Position numbers and translations under genes: made by a program. From the NCBI GenBank assembly GCA_026936335.1, contig JAPMXV010000062.1, forward strand, positions 1-64,000: DNA of 64,000 nt, written 5' to 3'. Below are positions 11,482 through 23,965 of this stretch, one piece after another. Source of the DNA: Mantamonas sphyraenae STR306 (lineage: Eukaryota > Protista > CRuMs). Every line of letters starts with the position of its first letter. Positions within the stretch are counted from its first letter, which is position 1. Under the pieces are notes generated by a model. That model was given only the letters and a program-made list of their open reading frames with translations, was not told the origin of the DNA and searched no databases.

Positions 11482-13215
11482 TCATCGCCTTCCCCACTGC
11501 GTCTGCGACCTCAACCTCCTAAAGAAACCCCCACCCGCGTTCTCTTCACTCCCGCCACTCCCTTCACTCTCCAGCATCTCCTTCAGCTCCCCCAAATCCC
11601 CATTGTCCAGTGTTTTCGACGCCCTCTTCTCCTCCACCCCCTTCCCACCGTGCTCCACGCGCGCAATCATGTCCGCCACACGTGTCCCACGCACAGGAAA
11701 CTCATCTCCTGTACCCGCACTCAACGACCGTCGTGCTCCCTTGCCTCCTCCTCGCCCCACGTACGCTGAAGGCCTCCCCCCGCGTTCGGATTTCGTAAAC
11801 GCGCGTTGCCTCCTCTCCTCCGTCTTCTCCACGCCGCTCTCCGACGACGAAGATGCCGACGACGACGATGATGATCCAAACCCAAACCGCGACAACAACC
11901 CACCTCCTCCTCCGCCACCACTCCCGTCCCCAATCCCATCTCCTCCCTCCTTCCGTTCCCGAATTCGCTCGTCCAGAACGCTCTCCGCTCCCAATTGCCC
12001 GTCCTGCGCATACATGGCGTCCCCTTGCTCCGATAGGTACATGTGGCACAGCTGTGTCTCAAAGAACGCCTCCAGAAACTTGCGCGTCCCGCGGTTCCGG
12101 CTTTTCAGAAACTTGGTCTCGTTCAGAGCCATTGTCATTCCCCGCCTCCGCTCCGTCTCCTCGTAGTACTCTGTATATCCTTCAAACAGTGTGGCGAAAA
12201 AGTCCAGAAACGCTTCCAGACACGCCCCTTGGTCGGGCGTCTTTCCTCCCAAAGCCCGTTCCAGCCCTTTCGACAGCGCAGACAGCGCCCCGGACGGCAG
12301 CAGCGACTTGTCTTTGTGGACACCATACACAGCCCCCTTGTCCAGGTCCACAAACACCACGTCCTCCAGCGGCAGCCGCTGCACGTACTCCATGTACTCC
12401 GACAACACGCCCACCAAAAACGGCATGGGCGCCGTGCACGTGTCCAGCAGGTTGCCCGGCAGCACGGGAATAAAGATATGTTGCCACGTAAAGGGATTGA
12501 TGCACGCCGCAATCGCCAGACACGCCTGGCTCAGCAGCGCCAGCTGGCTCCCGTAAATGATCAGCCTCCGCTCCATCAGCACGCTCGCAAACACCTGCAG
12601 AAACACAGAAAGCGGCAGCGCTGCAAACAAGGCCTCCAGATCCACATACTCCAGCAGCGAGTCTCCCTGGGCCGGCCGTTCCAGCGTGTACCGATCCCGC
12701 GTCGCCGATTGCGTGCTGAACACTGCCACGTCCACCTCCTCCCCCGGCGCCGGAAATGCCTGGCCCAGCACCGTCTTCAAGAACGTAAACACTGCCACCG
12801 AAGAGATTGCCCGCCGCTGCTCCACAATGTCCAGCACTTGCGAAAATAGCGCGTAGCACGGCAGCGAGCTAATCAGGCAGAAGCACTCTGGAACACGAGC
12901 ACCCTGCCCGGGCGGCAACAGACGCCGACAGTACCCGTAGCGCTTCGACCCGTCTGTGGCCGTCAGCACAAAGCTGAACGTCTCGCTCGCAAACTCCTCC
13001 GTCGCCTCCAGAAACACCAGGTCCGGAAAGCAGAACCCGGGCGACGACGCGCACAGGGCATCCAGAGTCTCCGAGTTTCCTGCTGGCGGAAACTGGTACG
13101 TGATTTCCGTCACATACCCTCCTCCTCCCTTGCCTCCCGAGCCCGCTTTTTCTCCCTTGGCTTGCAGCCCCACCACAACAAAGCAGTCAAATAAGCTCTG
13201 TTCCTCCCCAGACAT
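11482..13215 (-). CDS. DENN-domain Rab GEF (DENND1/2-like)
   Basis: LFDCFVVVGL, FCFPD, FSFVLTATDGSKRYGYCRR and PFTWQHIFIPVLP...APMPFLVG. Confidence 0.92.
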   Translation of the reverse strand: MSGEEQSLFDCFVVVGLQAKGEKAGSGGKGGGGYVTEITYQFPPAGNSETLDALCASSPGFCFPDLVFLEATEEFASETFSFVLTATDGSKRYGYCRRLLPPGQGARVPECFCLISSLPCYALFSQVLDIVEQRRAISSVAVFTFLKTVLGQAFPAPGEEVDVAVFSTQSATRDRYTLERPAQGDSLLEYVDLEALFAALPLSVFLQVFASVLMERRLIIYGSQLALLSQACLAIAACINPFTWQHIFIPVLPGNLLDTCTAPMPFLVGVLSEYMEYVQRLPLEDVVFVDLDKGAVYGVHKDKSLLPSGALSALSKGLERALGGKTPDQGACLEAFLDFFATLFEGYTEYYEETERRRGMTMALNETKFLKSRNRGTRKFLEAFFETQLCHMYLSEQGDAMYAQDGQLGAESVLDERIRERKEGGDGIGDGSGGGGGGGLLSRFGFGSSSSSSASSSSESGVEKTEERRQRAFTKSERGGRPSAYVGRGGGKGARRSLSAGTGDEFPVRGTRVADMIARVEHGGKGVEEKRASKTLDNGDLGELKEMLESEGSGGSEENAGGGFFRRLRSQTQWGRR

Positions 13216-13240
13216 GTCTGATATCACTCGCTCTCTCGCT

Positions 13241-13241
13241 T

Positions 13242-13276
<35 letters not shown>
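13241..13276 (+). repeat. (CT)n microsatellite in the DENN/RhoGEF divergent intergenic region
   Basis: Direct inspection. Confidence 0.9.
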
Positions 13277-13279
<3 letters not shown>

Positions 13280-13444
13280 CCTCGCGAGTCACGCCCACGA
13301 GCTTTGCTGCCGGTTCTGCTTCGACCCGCGCCCTCTTCCCCAAACCAACACCTTCTCCCTACCCTCCATCCCAACACCCCTGCCCCCCCCCCAGCCCAAA
13401 CCCCCCCTCCCCAATCCCAACCCACCCGTCACCTCCCACCCACA

Positions 13445-15413
13445 ATGTCCAAATGGTCTGACCTCCTCCACTCCGAGGAGGAGTACCTTTCGCGCCTGCG
13501 TTTGCTAACGGAACGCATCAAGTTCCCGCTTATGGACCAGGTGCCCAGCAACTCTGTCGTCCAAGGTCTCACCTACGAAGACGTCGGTGCCATCTTTTCC
13601 TGCATCGGCTCTCTCGTCTCCCACCACAGCATCCTTGGCGTCGAGCTCAATCGAACCCTTTTCGACCACAAGACATCCAAAACCGTCAACGACGTCTTTC
13701 TCGACCTTCAGACTTCCGATTTCCTCGCCCGCTACTGCCAATATGCTGCCAACCACCAGCGCGCCATGGACACCCTCAATCGTTGCCGCCTTGAGTGTCC
13801 TGGCCTCACCGAGTTTCTCGCCATCATCAAAGACGAGCTCTGCGACAACAAGAGCCTCGACTGGCTTCTCCTCCAGCCCATCCAGCGTCTCCCTCGTCTC
13901 AAGTTCTTTTTCGCCTCATTTGCCAAAGAGCATCACGACGACGACGCCGCCGCCGTCGCAGACCTCCTCGACACTTGGATCCACGAGATGCTCAATCAGG
14001 TCTCGCACAACGAAACGCGTGTCCTCATCCAGGCCGTCCTCTGGTCCCATGCACGACCTGCTGCCTATGCCGACGACGCAGATGCTGACAATGCCTCTCA
14101 GGCTCTTGATTTCGATTCGGTTGCACACAACTTTGTCTACCAGCTGCCCATGGACGCGCCCGTCCTCCACCACGTCTCCCACGCCGCCACAATTGCCATT
14201 CTCCACCACGATGACCCTCTCGCTTCAGCAGACTACCTCCAGGAAGCGCCTTTGCTCGACAACCCGCCCACCGACGACCAGCTCCTCAAGCTCTGGGTGG
14301 TGCCTCACGCGCGCATCTCCCTCCTCAAGCTCTCTCCCGATGACACTGGCCACGACCTCGTCACACGCCTCTGCCAACTCAACGACTGGCAGCACGCTTC
14401 GGACGAGCTCGTTCTCCTCGCTGCCCCCGAGCAGTCCGACGAGCCTGTTTCCGATAAGCTCGACCGCTTCCTCCGCATGCGCCCGCTTCAGCAAGACCTT
14501 GCCCAGCAGCACATCTTTGTCGAGCAAGAGTCCAGCCAAAACTTCAAGCAGTCTGCCGCCAAGCTCGAGCTCTTTCTCGCTTCCGACCGCCCCTCTCCGC
14601 CCGAGGACCGCCACCAGACCTCTGTCCTCGACGAGCACAAGCAAGCTGCTGCCGCCATGGAGAAGGTCATTGTCCGCACCCAACAGCGCATAGTCTCTTC
14701 TGCCAACGGCGTCGTTGTCCCGCGCAAGCCACGCCGCAGCGCCCCTGCACCCCCTGTCGCCGTCGACGACATTGGCCTCGACCTCGACCTCGACCTCGAC
14801 CTCGAACCTGAGCCTGAGCCTGAGCCTGAGCCTGAACCTGAACCTGAGCCTGAATCTCAACCTCAACCAGAATCCTCCCCCTCCCCCTCCCCCTCTCCCC
14901 TCCCCCTCCCCCTCCCCATCCACAGACTCCCTCCGCTCTGTCATCGCAAAAAAGTCTGCACCTCCTCCGACCCCTCCCCCAAAGAAGATCTCCTCTTCAT
15001 CATCCCTTCGCTCTATCATCGACAAAAAGACCCCGCCCCCTCCTCCGCCTGCCAAAACAATCCACACCGCCTCCTCCGACCTCTCCGACTCCTCCGAACC
15101 CTCGGAAACCCCCCAACCCTCCGAATCCCTCTCTCAACAACAACAACAACTCAACAAACTCATCACCGGCAAGAAATCCCCTGCCCCACCTCCCCCCGCG
15201 AAAAAGCCGCAGTCCCTCACCTCCCCTCCGCCTCCGGCAAAGAAGCCCTCCATGCTCACCACACATCCATCATCTCCGGGCCCTCCTTCCAAGAAACTAC
15301 CCCCTCTGCGCCGAAACAAAAACTCCCCAGGCCCGCCCCCTCCCCGCAAGCCCAAATCCCTCAACACCACCACCACAACAACAACAACAACAACAACAAC
15401 AGACTCCACATAA
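13445..15413 (+). CDS. RhoGEF (DH domain) with RPEL-like motif and Pro-rich tail; probable frameshift error near 14880-14920
   Basis: LLHSEEEYLSRL, IFSCIGSL, YCQYAANH and LDWLLLQPIQRLPR match a DH domain. The Pro-rich tail continues in the 14715-15413 frame after a poly-C tract. Confidence 0.8.
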
Positions 15414-15470
15414 CACAATGTATGTATGCACCGTAACACCTCTCATTCACTCAGTGAGCCGCGCTCGGGC

Positions 15471-18400
15471 TCACTCCTGTCGACGCGGAGGCGGCGGCGG
15501 TGGAGGCGTCTCTGTCCTGCTCGTCGTCCTCCTCGGCGGCGGCGGCGGCGGCGTCTCTGTCCTGCTTACCGCTCTACGCGGTGGCACAGGCAACCCTTGC
15601 CCAGGTGCCTTCTCCTCTTCGCCATCCTCGTCCACACGAATCTCAATTCCCGCGGTTCCAACCCCGCCCTCTTCCTTCTCCTTCTCTTCCCGTTCTGCCC
15701 TCTCTGCACGCTGCTTTTCTGTCGCCTTCCGAATCAAACTCTTAAACTTCCGATTCCCTCCGCTTTGCCCACCCAGCGTTGTGCTTCGCTGCAACCCGGC
15801 GTCTGCCATCGCCTCCTCCACAACCGCCTCCATTCGGCTGCGTGTCGCAGGGGGCGTCTTTGTGCGCTTCATCATGCTCGTGGAACGTGCAAAGCCCGTT
15901 CGCGACGTCAGCCGCGCACGCGTGTCGGGCAAATCCAAGCTCTCCCGCGAATCCTCGCTCCCGCTCGCCGTGCTGTCCATAGAGATCCGGCTCATCAGGT
16001 CGCCGCTGCTTCCCTGGCTTCCGGCCTCCTTCAGTTCAGACATCTGCTTCTTTGTCGGCGTCCCGTGGATCATGTCCTGCAGCTTGTTCAGCTGGCCCGT
16101 CCCCACCGCCGCCGTCATGTGCGCCTGCTTTTCCTGCGCCAGCCGAACCAGGTCCACCCCTCCCTCTGCATTCAACGCCTGCAGGTTCTCCTGGTCTGCC
16201 AACTCCAGTTCCTCCTTGAACATCTCTCGCGACCATCGGTGCTTCTTCTTCCACACCTTGACCACCTTGCGCGCCGTCTCCTGCTCCTCTTCGTTCATCT
16301 CCTCCTCGTCATACGCCTGGTTCTTGATCTCCAGCAGGATGGCCCCCGACCCGCTTGTGTCACTGCGCAGCAGCGCAAACGTCTCCAGAATCAACGCAAT
16401 CAGCAGATTCATAATCACCACCACCACGAAAAAGTGAAACGTCACAAAGTACCAGCTCACGTACGGATTGGTCGCCTGGATGCCCCAGTACATCACGTCG
16501 TGCCAATTTGACGTCGTCAGCAGCTGGAACAGCGTCAGGAACGCCGCGCCCACATCGTCAAAGCTCGCCAGTTCGTTCGTGAAATCCGGCAGCGAGTCGT
16601 TGTACTTCTTGTAGAACACCTCCATGCCCACAATCGCGTAAAAGTAAAACACTGCCAGCAGCAGCATGCCCAACGACGCCATCACAGGCGCAATCTTCAG
16701 CAGCGCAGAGATCAACCGCTTGAACCCGGGAAACACAGGGATCACTCGCAGGATCTGCAGCGCAGACAGTGCATGCAGGAACCGCGGCAGCCAATACATC
16801 CCTTGCACCGTCGGATCAAACAGGACAAGGTGCACAATCGCCCCGCCCATAATCACCCAAAAGTCAAACCGGTTCCACCGCGAGCCCCAGAACCGTGAGA
16901 ACCCCACAGCCGTCACACGCATAAACAGCTCCACCGCAAACAGCAACGATATCGTCGCGTTCACCGCATTCAAAGCAACAAACGCCTCCGCCGACATGCT
17001 GTTGTCGTACGTGCACAGCACGATTGTGTTGCCCACAATCAGCACCATGATCGTGTAGAAGAACCCAGGGTGCGTCACAACGTCAAAGAACCATTCCCGA
17101 GACACCCAGTCCTCCCAAAAGCTCGACACAGACGTACATGGGCCCAGCACGCTCCCCGAACTCCCGTCGTACTCCTTCTGAAACCGCAGCAGCAACACGT
17201 CGCACAGTTGGAAAAACTCGATGATGTCGATCGAACCCGACCCGTCCGTGTCCATCGCCTGGAACAGCACACGGATCTCCTCGCTGTCCGCCTCGGGCAT
17301 CACCTTGCCAAGCAACGCAATCCAATCGTTCCACTCGATCGACCCCGACGCATCCAGGTCGATCGCTGCAAACGCTGCCATCAGGCAACGCCTCTCCTTG
17401 ATGCGGTCGTAGATCACGCTCACCTTGCGCTCCTCCTTGTAAGCATAGAAAATCACTGCCACCACCACCGACAGCAGCAGGTACAGCGCCACAAACAGAA
17501 ACAGGATAAAGTACAGCGCAAACGCCTTGTTCACACGCGTCGCAGGAAACATCACGTCCGGGTAGTTCTCCGTCGTCAGCAGCACATACAGCGTCAACGC
17601 CGCGTTGCTAAAGTTGTCAAAGTTGGCAATCAGCACCTCCTTCGTCTCTGGATCCACGTAGATGCCTCGGAACAGCTGCACGCCGAGCACACTCCACAAC
17701 AGCAAGATGATCCCAAGCGACATCAGCGTGTCCTTCAGCCTCGGCACCGCCGCCATGATCGATCGAAACACTGCACGCACCTTTCGCTCCCGGATAATCA
17801 ACATAAAGCCGCGCAGGGGCCTGCTGAACCGAAAGCTCGTCGGCGTGATAAACGCCACCGCCACGTCCAGAAGCATGCATACGATCGTAAACGACGCCAG
17901 TAGATTCCACGTTTTCCGCACAAACGCAACGCGCCCGTTGTGCACATACTTCAGAATGTTGTCCGACGCATACACCCCGATGCACAGCAACTCCACAAAC
18001 AACAGGCCAAGTCGCGTCCCTTCCTCCAGCGGGGGCGAGCGAGTCGACGCTGGCTCAAACACGCACAGGAACATGTGCAGCACCATCACCGCGTAAAACA
18101 CACGGAAATAGCTCTCGCTGTAGTGCCAGATGTACAACTTCATCTTCCACGGGTCCTCCCGCACCAGGTACTCTCGCCCATGGATTGCGTCCTGGATAAA
18201 CGCCGCTGCCTTGTCGATCCGCGCCGCAATGTCTGCCGGCCGCTTCCTTTTGCTCACATACTTGCCTCGGTCCGCATAAGCCCATCGTCGCTTCTGGTCT
18301 CCCTCATCCCCCTCCTCTGCCACTCCTGTCTTCCCGACTTCTCCCGTCTTGGACGCGTTCATCGCAGCCTGCGCCATCAACGCATTCCTCCCGCGCAGTC

Positions 18401-19533
18401 CTCCGCGTCCTCCTGCCTCTCCGTTGCCCTCACTCGACACCCCTCTCGTGCTTTTGTTTCCTCCGTCGCTGTCCTCCGAGCTTGTTTCGTGCAGCGTCCC
18501 GCTCTGCACCTCGTCTGCCGACGGCGGCGCTGGCAGATCCGACTTGTCCTGGTGATACTTGCGGAAGAAATACTGGTCAAAGTCCCGCGCCGTGATGTTG
18601 TTCGACTCCAGTTCGTTGTGAAACGTGTGCATGTTGCTTGCGTCGCGCAGCGCGTTTGCCACTCCCTGCGTTTTGTCCCGCAGGTACGCTTCCTCCTCAT
18701 CGTCCTCGCCTCCTCCCGTCTCTCCGCCACCGTCACCTCCTCCTACGCCTCCACCCACCTTCCACGGCGACCGTGTCGACCGCCCACGCCGAGACTCGCT
18801 CTCTCCCGCTGGTGCGTTGCTTGCTGCCGCTGCGCTCGCCGGGTACTCGTTCAGCGCCTTCGACAACACACGTCGCGACACACTCTTGCGCTTCGCCGCG
18901 CTGCCGTCGTCCAGATTGTCAAACACAATCGCCGTTGCCCGTACGCTCTTACGGTTCGTCATTGATCGCTTCGGCGGCAGCGACAGGATGGACGTCGTCC
19001 GCGGCGCTGCCCCTCCAGACCCGCTTGGTGTGCTCGCATTGTTCGCGGACAACCCGGCCCCTCCCCGACCACCTCCTGCGCTCCCCACGCCCCGTCCGGC
19101 CTCGCTCCCTCCATTAGACCCTGTTCCACTGCTCTTTTGCCACGGCTTGGTACCCTTAGGCGTCCGTTGCACCCCTCGCGACCCAGCTGCTCCAGGAGAC
19201 GACAGAAACCCGCCCGTCGAGAGTTTCCCTCGCCGCGACGGTGTCTCCAGCTCCCCTCTCCCGCCCAACGACGGCTTCTTTCCGCCTGCCCCGCCTCCCT
19301 GTCGAAGCGCCTTGCTGATATCCTTCCGCGACAATGCGTCTGGATTGTTGATTGCATCCAGTGCCTCGAAGCGCGACACCAAATCCGCAATTGCTGCGAT
19401 CGGTGTCAGAACTCACCCGTTCCCCACCCCACACCACCTCTCTCTCTCGCTCTCACTCTCACTCTCACTCTCTTCGCTTCCCTCACACGTCACTCCCTCG
19501 CTCTCCACACTCCCTCCGTCCCAACATACACAT
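15471..19533 (-). CDS. TPC: Two-pore channel (TPC) with two EF-hands; 4-nt first coding exon, intron 19394-19529
   Basis: AAAFIQDAIHGR signature, two 6-TM repeats, pore loops LTTENYPDVM and LTTSNWHDVM, EF-hands DLDASGSIEWND and DTDGSGSIDIIE. ATG T|GTATGT...CAG|CA gives MSIADLVSRFE. Confidence 0.92.
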
Positions 19534-19581
19534 CCTTCTTCTTGCCACATCCCGCGCAACACCGTCAGCACAAACAACACC

Positions 19582-21300
19582 ATGCACCACAAGCGCAAGT
19601 CCAAGAGTGCCATGGCCGAAGACCTGCACAGGCCCCTTCTGGACATGGCGTCTGGCAACGCCGACGATCCTGAACTCGTCGCCATCGACGTCGAAAACCA
19701 GTTTGACGACGAGCTCGTCAAGAACAGCCTCAGTGCCACGGCCACCCTCTTTCTCGACAAGGAAAAAGACGCAGAGGTGCGCCGCAAGTCTATCATCATG
19801 TTTCTCACCGGGCTCGTAGGCATCATCCTCATGATGATCGAGCTCGAGGTCGCCTGGGCCACAAGACGTCCCGTCCCCGAAGGAAACCCACCCGACCTCG
19901 GCAGCAACACCTTTTGGTGCGAAGCCCTCAAGGTAGCCCTCCTCTGCGACTCGGTTCTCCTCGGTACGTCTGCCCTCCGCACAACATCCTCCTCTCCACA
20001 CCGGCCCGCCACACATCACGCAAATTCTTCCACAAATCCAGTACCAACTCTCCCCACCCCCTCTCTCGCTCCCCTCCCCTCCCCTGCCTTGCATCTCCTC
20101 ACCATACCCGCCATCGCACGTATGTGCACCCCTTTTCACTTACGCCTGACCTCTCGCATCCTCCCCATGCCTCCTGCAGTCAGTCAACTCATCGACTACT
20201 ACCGCTTCCAAATCTACCTCGTCTCTCAGGAGTGGAAGGTGCTGCAGCTCAGCACCATGCAGCTCCTCCGTTCCACAGATATGTCTTGGTGGTTCTGGCT
20301 CGAGTTTCTCGTCTGTCTCGTCCATCCCATCCCGTTTCTCGACGCAGAGTTCAATGGCCACCCGCTCCTCAACGACAAAGTCGGCCTCTTTATGTTTGGC
20401 CGTCTCTACCTCCTCGTCCGCGTTCTTCGTGACACCAGCGATGTCTATCTCCAGCGCCGCGAGATTATCCAGGAGGACGAGCTGAACCGCGTCAAGGCAC
20501 CCAAGTTCAACTGGTTCCTCTCTGTCAAGAAGCTCTTCTACCAGAGCACCACTGCCTTTGTCATTGCCCTCTCATCTCTCGCCGTCCTCGTCATGGCCTT
20601 TTGCATTTATGTCTGCGAACGTGAACGCAACTACTCTCGCGACTCTGGCCAGTTCACACTCGCCACCAGTCTCTACTTTACCTGTGTTACCATGACCACC
20701 GTCGGCTACGGTGACATGACTCCCCTCTCCGACTGGGGCCGTGTCATGGCCATGGTCGCCGCCCTCCTCGGCCTGATCCTCTCCAGCTTCATGGTCGCCA
20801 TGGTCACCAACAAGCTCACCCTCCAAGAAAACGAACGCAGTGCAGTGCAGCACGTCAATCTCCGTGCCCTCGAGCGTGAAGAGATGCGTGCCGCCGTCCG
20901 CCTCATCGAACATCTCTGGTGGGTTGTCAAACAGGTTCGCGAACAACGCCGCCGCTCCCGTTCCGTCGCAGAAGCTGACGCCATCAGCCCCTGGTCCACC
21001 CATCAACGCAAGACCCTCCTCCTCGTCCGCCAGCTCCATCGCATCCGCAGGCGCCTCGGCCACGAACGCGAGCTCGACAACGATCGCTACGAGCGCGACT
21101 TTCAGGACATCAACGCACGCATCCTTCGCATCGAAAAGCGGCAAATCGATCTCACACGCGTGGTCAACAAGCTTGTCTGCGGCCAAGACGAGTCCCTCAC
21201 CTATGCCACTGTACGCGACCACCACCAGAGTCTACAGGAGCAGCTCTCCTCCATTCACGACATGGTCGCCACTGCTCTTGATGACAAGAAGCACTCATGA
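19582..21300 (+). CDS. SK/IK-type Ca2+-activated K+ channel (KCNN-like); intron 19964-20179
   Basis: [18 protein letters not shown], filter [12 protein letters not shown], a post-S6 calmodulin-binding-like region and a C-terminal coiled coil. Confidence 0.88.
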   Translation: MHHKRKSKSAMAEDLHRPLLDMASGNADDPELVAIDVENQFDDELVKNSLSATATLFLDKEKDAEVRRKSIIMFLTGLVGIILMMIELEVAWATRRPVPEGNPPDLGSNTFWCEALKVALLCDSVLLGTSALRTTSSSPHRPATHHANSSTNPVPTLPTPSLAPLPSPALHLLTIPAIARMCTPFHLRLTSRILPMPPAVSQLIDYYRFQIYLVSQEWKVLQLSTMQLLRSTDMSWWFWLEFLVCLVHPIPFLDAEFNGHPLLNDKVGLFMFGRLYLLVRVLRDTSDVYLQRREIIQEDELNRVKAPKFNWFLSVKKLFYQSTTAFVIALSSLAVLVMAFCIYVCERERNYSRDSGQFTLATSLYFTCVTMTTVGYGDMTPLSDWGRVMAMVAALLGLILSSFMVAMVTNKLTLQENERSAVQHVNLRALEREEMRAAVRLIEHLWWVVKQVREQRRRSRSVAEADAISPWSTHQRKTLLLVRQLHRIRRRLGHERELDNDRYERDFQDINARILRIEKRQIDLTRVVNKLVCGQDESLTYATVRDHHQSLQEQLSSIHDMVATALDDKKHS

Positions 21301-23930
21301 GCACATTCACCACCATCAGTCAGTCAAGGGGGAGACTGCACACATCACGCAGGCGCAGCCAACACAAAAGTCCCAACAAACACTCCCACACCCCCATGTT
21401 TGCTCGAAGTAGAGCACACGCAAAGAACACCCCAGGCGTCGTGTCCGCCTGTGCATTGGTTGCTTCCCACCACTTGACTCCCGCGCGTACAGCAGTCGCC
21501 CGAACAATCACCTCCGTCGCCTCACGACCTGCCGCCCGCCACTCCTCCCACACCACCCTCTCTGCGCGTCACACACACATCTCTACCCACAAACACACCT
21601 CGGCATTTCCTCGACGCGTCTCTCCGCTCGTGGCTTCCCTCTCGCCCGCCTCTTCGGCGGAATTTCCGCTTGTCCGCAGGTTCCACCTCGACGCACGCGC
21701 CCTAGCCCCTCAAGCTGGCCGTGCCGGCAAGCCTGGCCGTGGACCTTCCTCGGGCCACCACGCAGCTTCACAATCCGCAAACAAGGAATCCCTTGGCGAG
21801 ACACTCAGCCTGTACGCGCGAGATCTCAGCGCTGACGCAGAGAACGGCCGACTCGACCCGGTCATCGGCCGCCACGAAGTCGTTCGCCGCGTCATGCAGG
21901 TTCTCTCCAGACGCACAAAGAACAACCCCGTCCTCATTGGCGAGCCGGGTGTCGGCAAAACCGCCATCGTCGAAGGCCTCGCACAGGAGATTGCCAAGGG
22001 CGACGTCCCCGAGTCTCTCCGCAACAAGCGCGTCGTCTCGCTCGACCTCGCTGCCCTCGTAGCAGGCGCCTCCTACCGTGGCGAGTTTGAAGAGCGACTG
22101 AAAAAGGTGATTGCCGACGTTCATGCCGCAGACGGCGAGATCATACTTTTCATCGACGAGCTCCACACCCTCGTCGGCGCTGGCTCTTCCGGCGGCTCCA
22201 TGGATGCCTCCAATATGCTCAAGCCCGCCCTTGCCCGCGGTGATCTTCATTGCGTCGGCGCAACCACACTCAAGGAATACCGCGAACACATCGAGAAAGA
22301 CCCCGCGCTCGCACGACGCTTCCAGAGTGTTCTCGTGCAGGAGCCCTCTGTCGAAGAGACCGTCTCCATGCTGCGTCAGCTCAAGGAAAAGTATGAAATC
22401 CACCACGGCGTCCGTCTCAGCGACCCGGCCCTCGTCGCAGCAGCCACCCTCAGCAACCGCTACATCGCAGACCGCTTCCTCCCCGACAAGGCCATCGACC
22501 TCATCGACGAGGCCGCCAGCCGTCTCCGCCTCGAGCAGGAGTCCAAGCCCGACGAACTCGAGAAACTCGACCGCCAGATCATCATGCGCAAGATCGAGCT
22601 CGAATCCCTCAAGCAGGACAAGGACTCTGTATCTCGTCAGCGCCGCGAGAAGCTCGAGGCCACCATCCGCTCCCTGGAGCAAGAGAGCGCCCAGATGGCC
22701 ACCGTCTGGCAAGAGGAGCGCAAGAAGCTCAAGCAGATGCAGAATGCCGCCGAGGAGCTCGACGCTGCTCGCCTTGCCCTCGAGCGCGCCGAACGCACAG
22801 GCGACCTCGCACGCGCCAGCGAGCTCAAGTACGGTCGCATCCCGGAACTCGAAAAGATAGTTGCCGAGGCCGAAGCCGCAGAGAATGGCCAGGCGTCCAT
22901 GGTCGCTACCGCCGTCACCAGCGACCACATTGCAGAGGTCGTTTCACGGGCCACGGGCATCCCGGTCTCTAGCGTCATGATGGGTGAACGCGAACGGCTC
23001 CTACACCTCGAAGAGGAACTCGGCAGCCGCGTCGTTGGCCAGGATGAGGCTGTACGTGCCGTGGCAAACAGCGTGCGCAGCGCACGCGCAGGCTTGCAGG
23101 GCGTCGACAGACCTCTCGGCTCGTTCCTCTTTCTTGGCCCTACCGGCACGGGCAAGACCCAGCTGTGCAAGACCCTCTCCCAGTTCCTCTTTGACAACGA
23201 GCAAGCCATGACCCGCATCGACATGAGCGAGTACATGGACAAGTTTACCGTGTCGCGCCTCATCGGCGCTCCACCCGGCTACGTTGGCTACGACGAAGGA
23301 GGCGTCCTCACAGAGGCCGTCCGTAGGCGTCCCTATCAGGTCGTCCTCTTTGACGAGTTTGAAAAGGCCCACCAGGACGTATCCAACGTCCTCCTCCAGG
23401 TCCTCGACGACGGACGCCTCACAGACTCCCAAGGCCGCACAGTCGACTTTAAAAACACCATGGTTGTCATGACCAGCAACGTCGGCTCCGAAATCCTGTC
23501 CTCCCTACCCGAGGGAGTGCCCAGCTCCCAGGCACGCGATCGCGTCATGGCCCAGCTCCAAAGCCAGTTCCGGCCCGAGTTTCTCAACCGCATCGACGAC
23601 ATCGTCCTCTTCAACCGCCTCGGCCGCGAATCCATGAAGAACATCGTCGACATTCAGATCCACGAGCTCCAGCGCACCATCCGCGACAAGCGCATCACCC
23701 TCTCTGTCGACGACGACGGCCTTGCCTGGCTTGCTGACCGCGGCTACGATCCGGCCTACGGTGCACGTCCCCTCAAGCGCCTCATCCAAAAGGAGATTGT
23801 CCATCCCATGGCACGCAAGATCCTGCAGGGCGAAATCACAGACGGCCAGACCGTCCGCCTCCATCTCCGCAAGGATGACGGCGCCCTTGTCGACCAAGTG
23901 TTTGTTTTTGAGCCGGAAAAGGCAATGTAG
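21297..23930 (+). CDS. HSP78: Mitochondrial ClpB/Hsp78 disaggregase
   Basis: Two AAA+ modules ([16 protein letters not shown]), a middle domain, no Clp N-domain, and an Arg/Ser-rich acid-free N-terminus like a presequence. Start is 21297 or 21396. Confidence 0.93.
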   Translation: MSTFTTISQSRGRLHTSRRRSQHKSPNKHSHTPMFARSRAHAKNTPGVVSACALVASHHLTPARTAVARTITSVASRPAARHSSHTTLSARHTHISTHKHTSAFPRRVSPLVASLSPASSAEFPLVRRFHLDARALAPQAGRAGKPGRGPSSGHHAASQSANKESLGETLSLYARDLSADAENGRLDPVIGRHEVVRRVMQVLSRRTKNNPVLIGEPGVGKTAIVEGLAQEIAKGDVPESLRNKRVVSLDLAALVAGASYRGEFEERLKKVIADVHAADGEIILFIDELHTLVGAGSSGGSMDASNMLKPALARGDLHCVGATTLKEYREHIEKDPALARRFQSVLVQEPSVEETVSMLRQLKEKYEIHHGVRLSDPALVAAATLSNRYIADRFLPDKAIDLIDEAASRLRLEQESKPDELEKLDRQIIMRKIELESLKQDKDSVSRQRREKLEATIRSLEQESAQMATVWQEERKKLKQMQNAAEELDAARLALERAERTGDLARASELKYGRIPELEKIVAEAEAAENGQASMVATAVTSDHIAEVVSRATGIPVSSVMMGERERLLHLEEELGSRVVGQDEAVRAVANSVRSARAGLQGVDRPLGSFLFLGPTGTGKTQLCKTLSQFLFDNEQAMTRIDMSEYMDKFTVSRLIGAPPGYVGYDEGGVLTEAVRRRPYQVVLFDEFEKAHQDVSNVLLQVLDDGRLTDSQGRTVDFKNTMVVMTSNVGSEILSSLPEGVPSSQARDRVMAQLQSQFRPEFLNRIDDIVLFNRLGRESMKNIVDIQIHELQRTIRDKRITLSVDDDGLAWLADRGYDPAYGARPLKRLIQKEIVHPMARKILQGEITDGQTVRLHLRKDDGALVDQVFVFEPEKAM

Positions 23931-23965
23931 ACCAGGAGTCGAGCCTGTACTCTCCATTCTCTGCT

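Noticed and set aside
18625-19581. N-terminal extension of the 891-aa ORF, similarly 12956-13444 and 38684-39445
   Set aside because: These extensions are antisense to neighbouring genes; homology begins at later ATGs.
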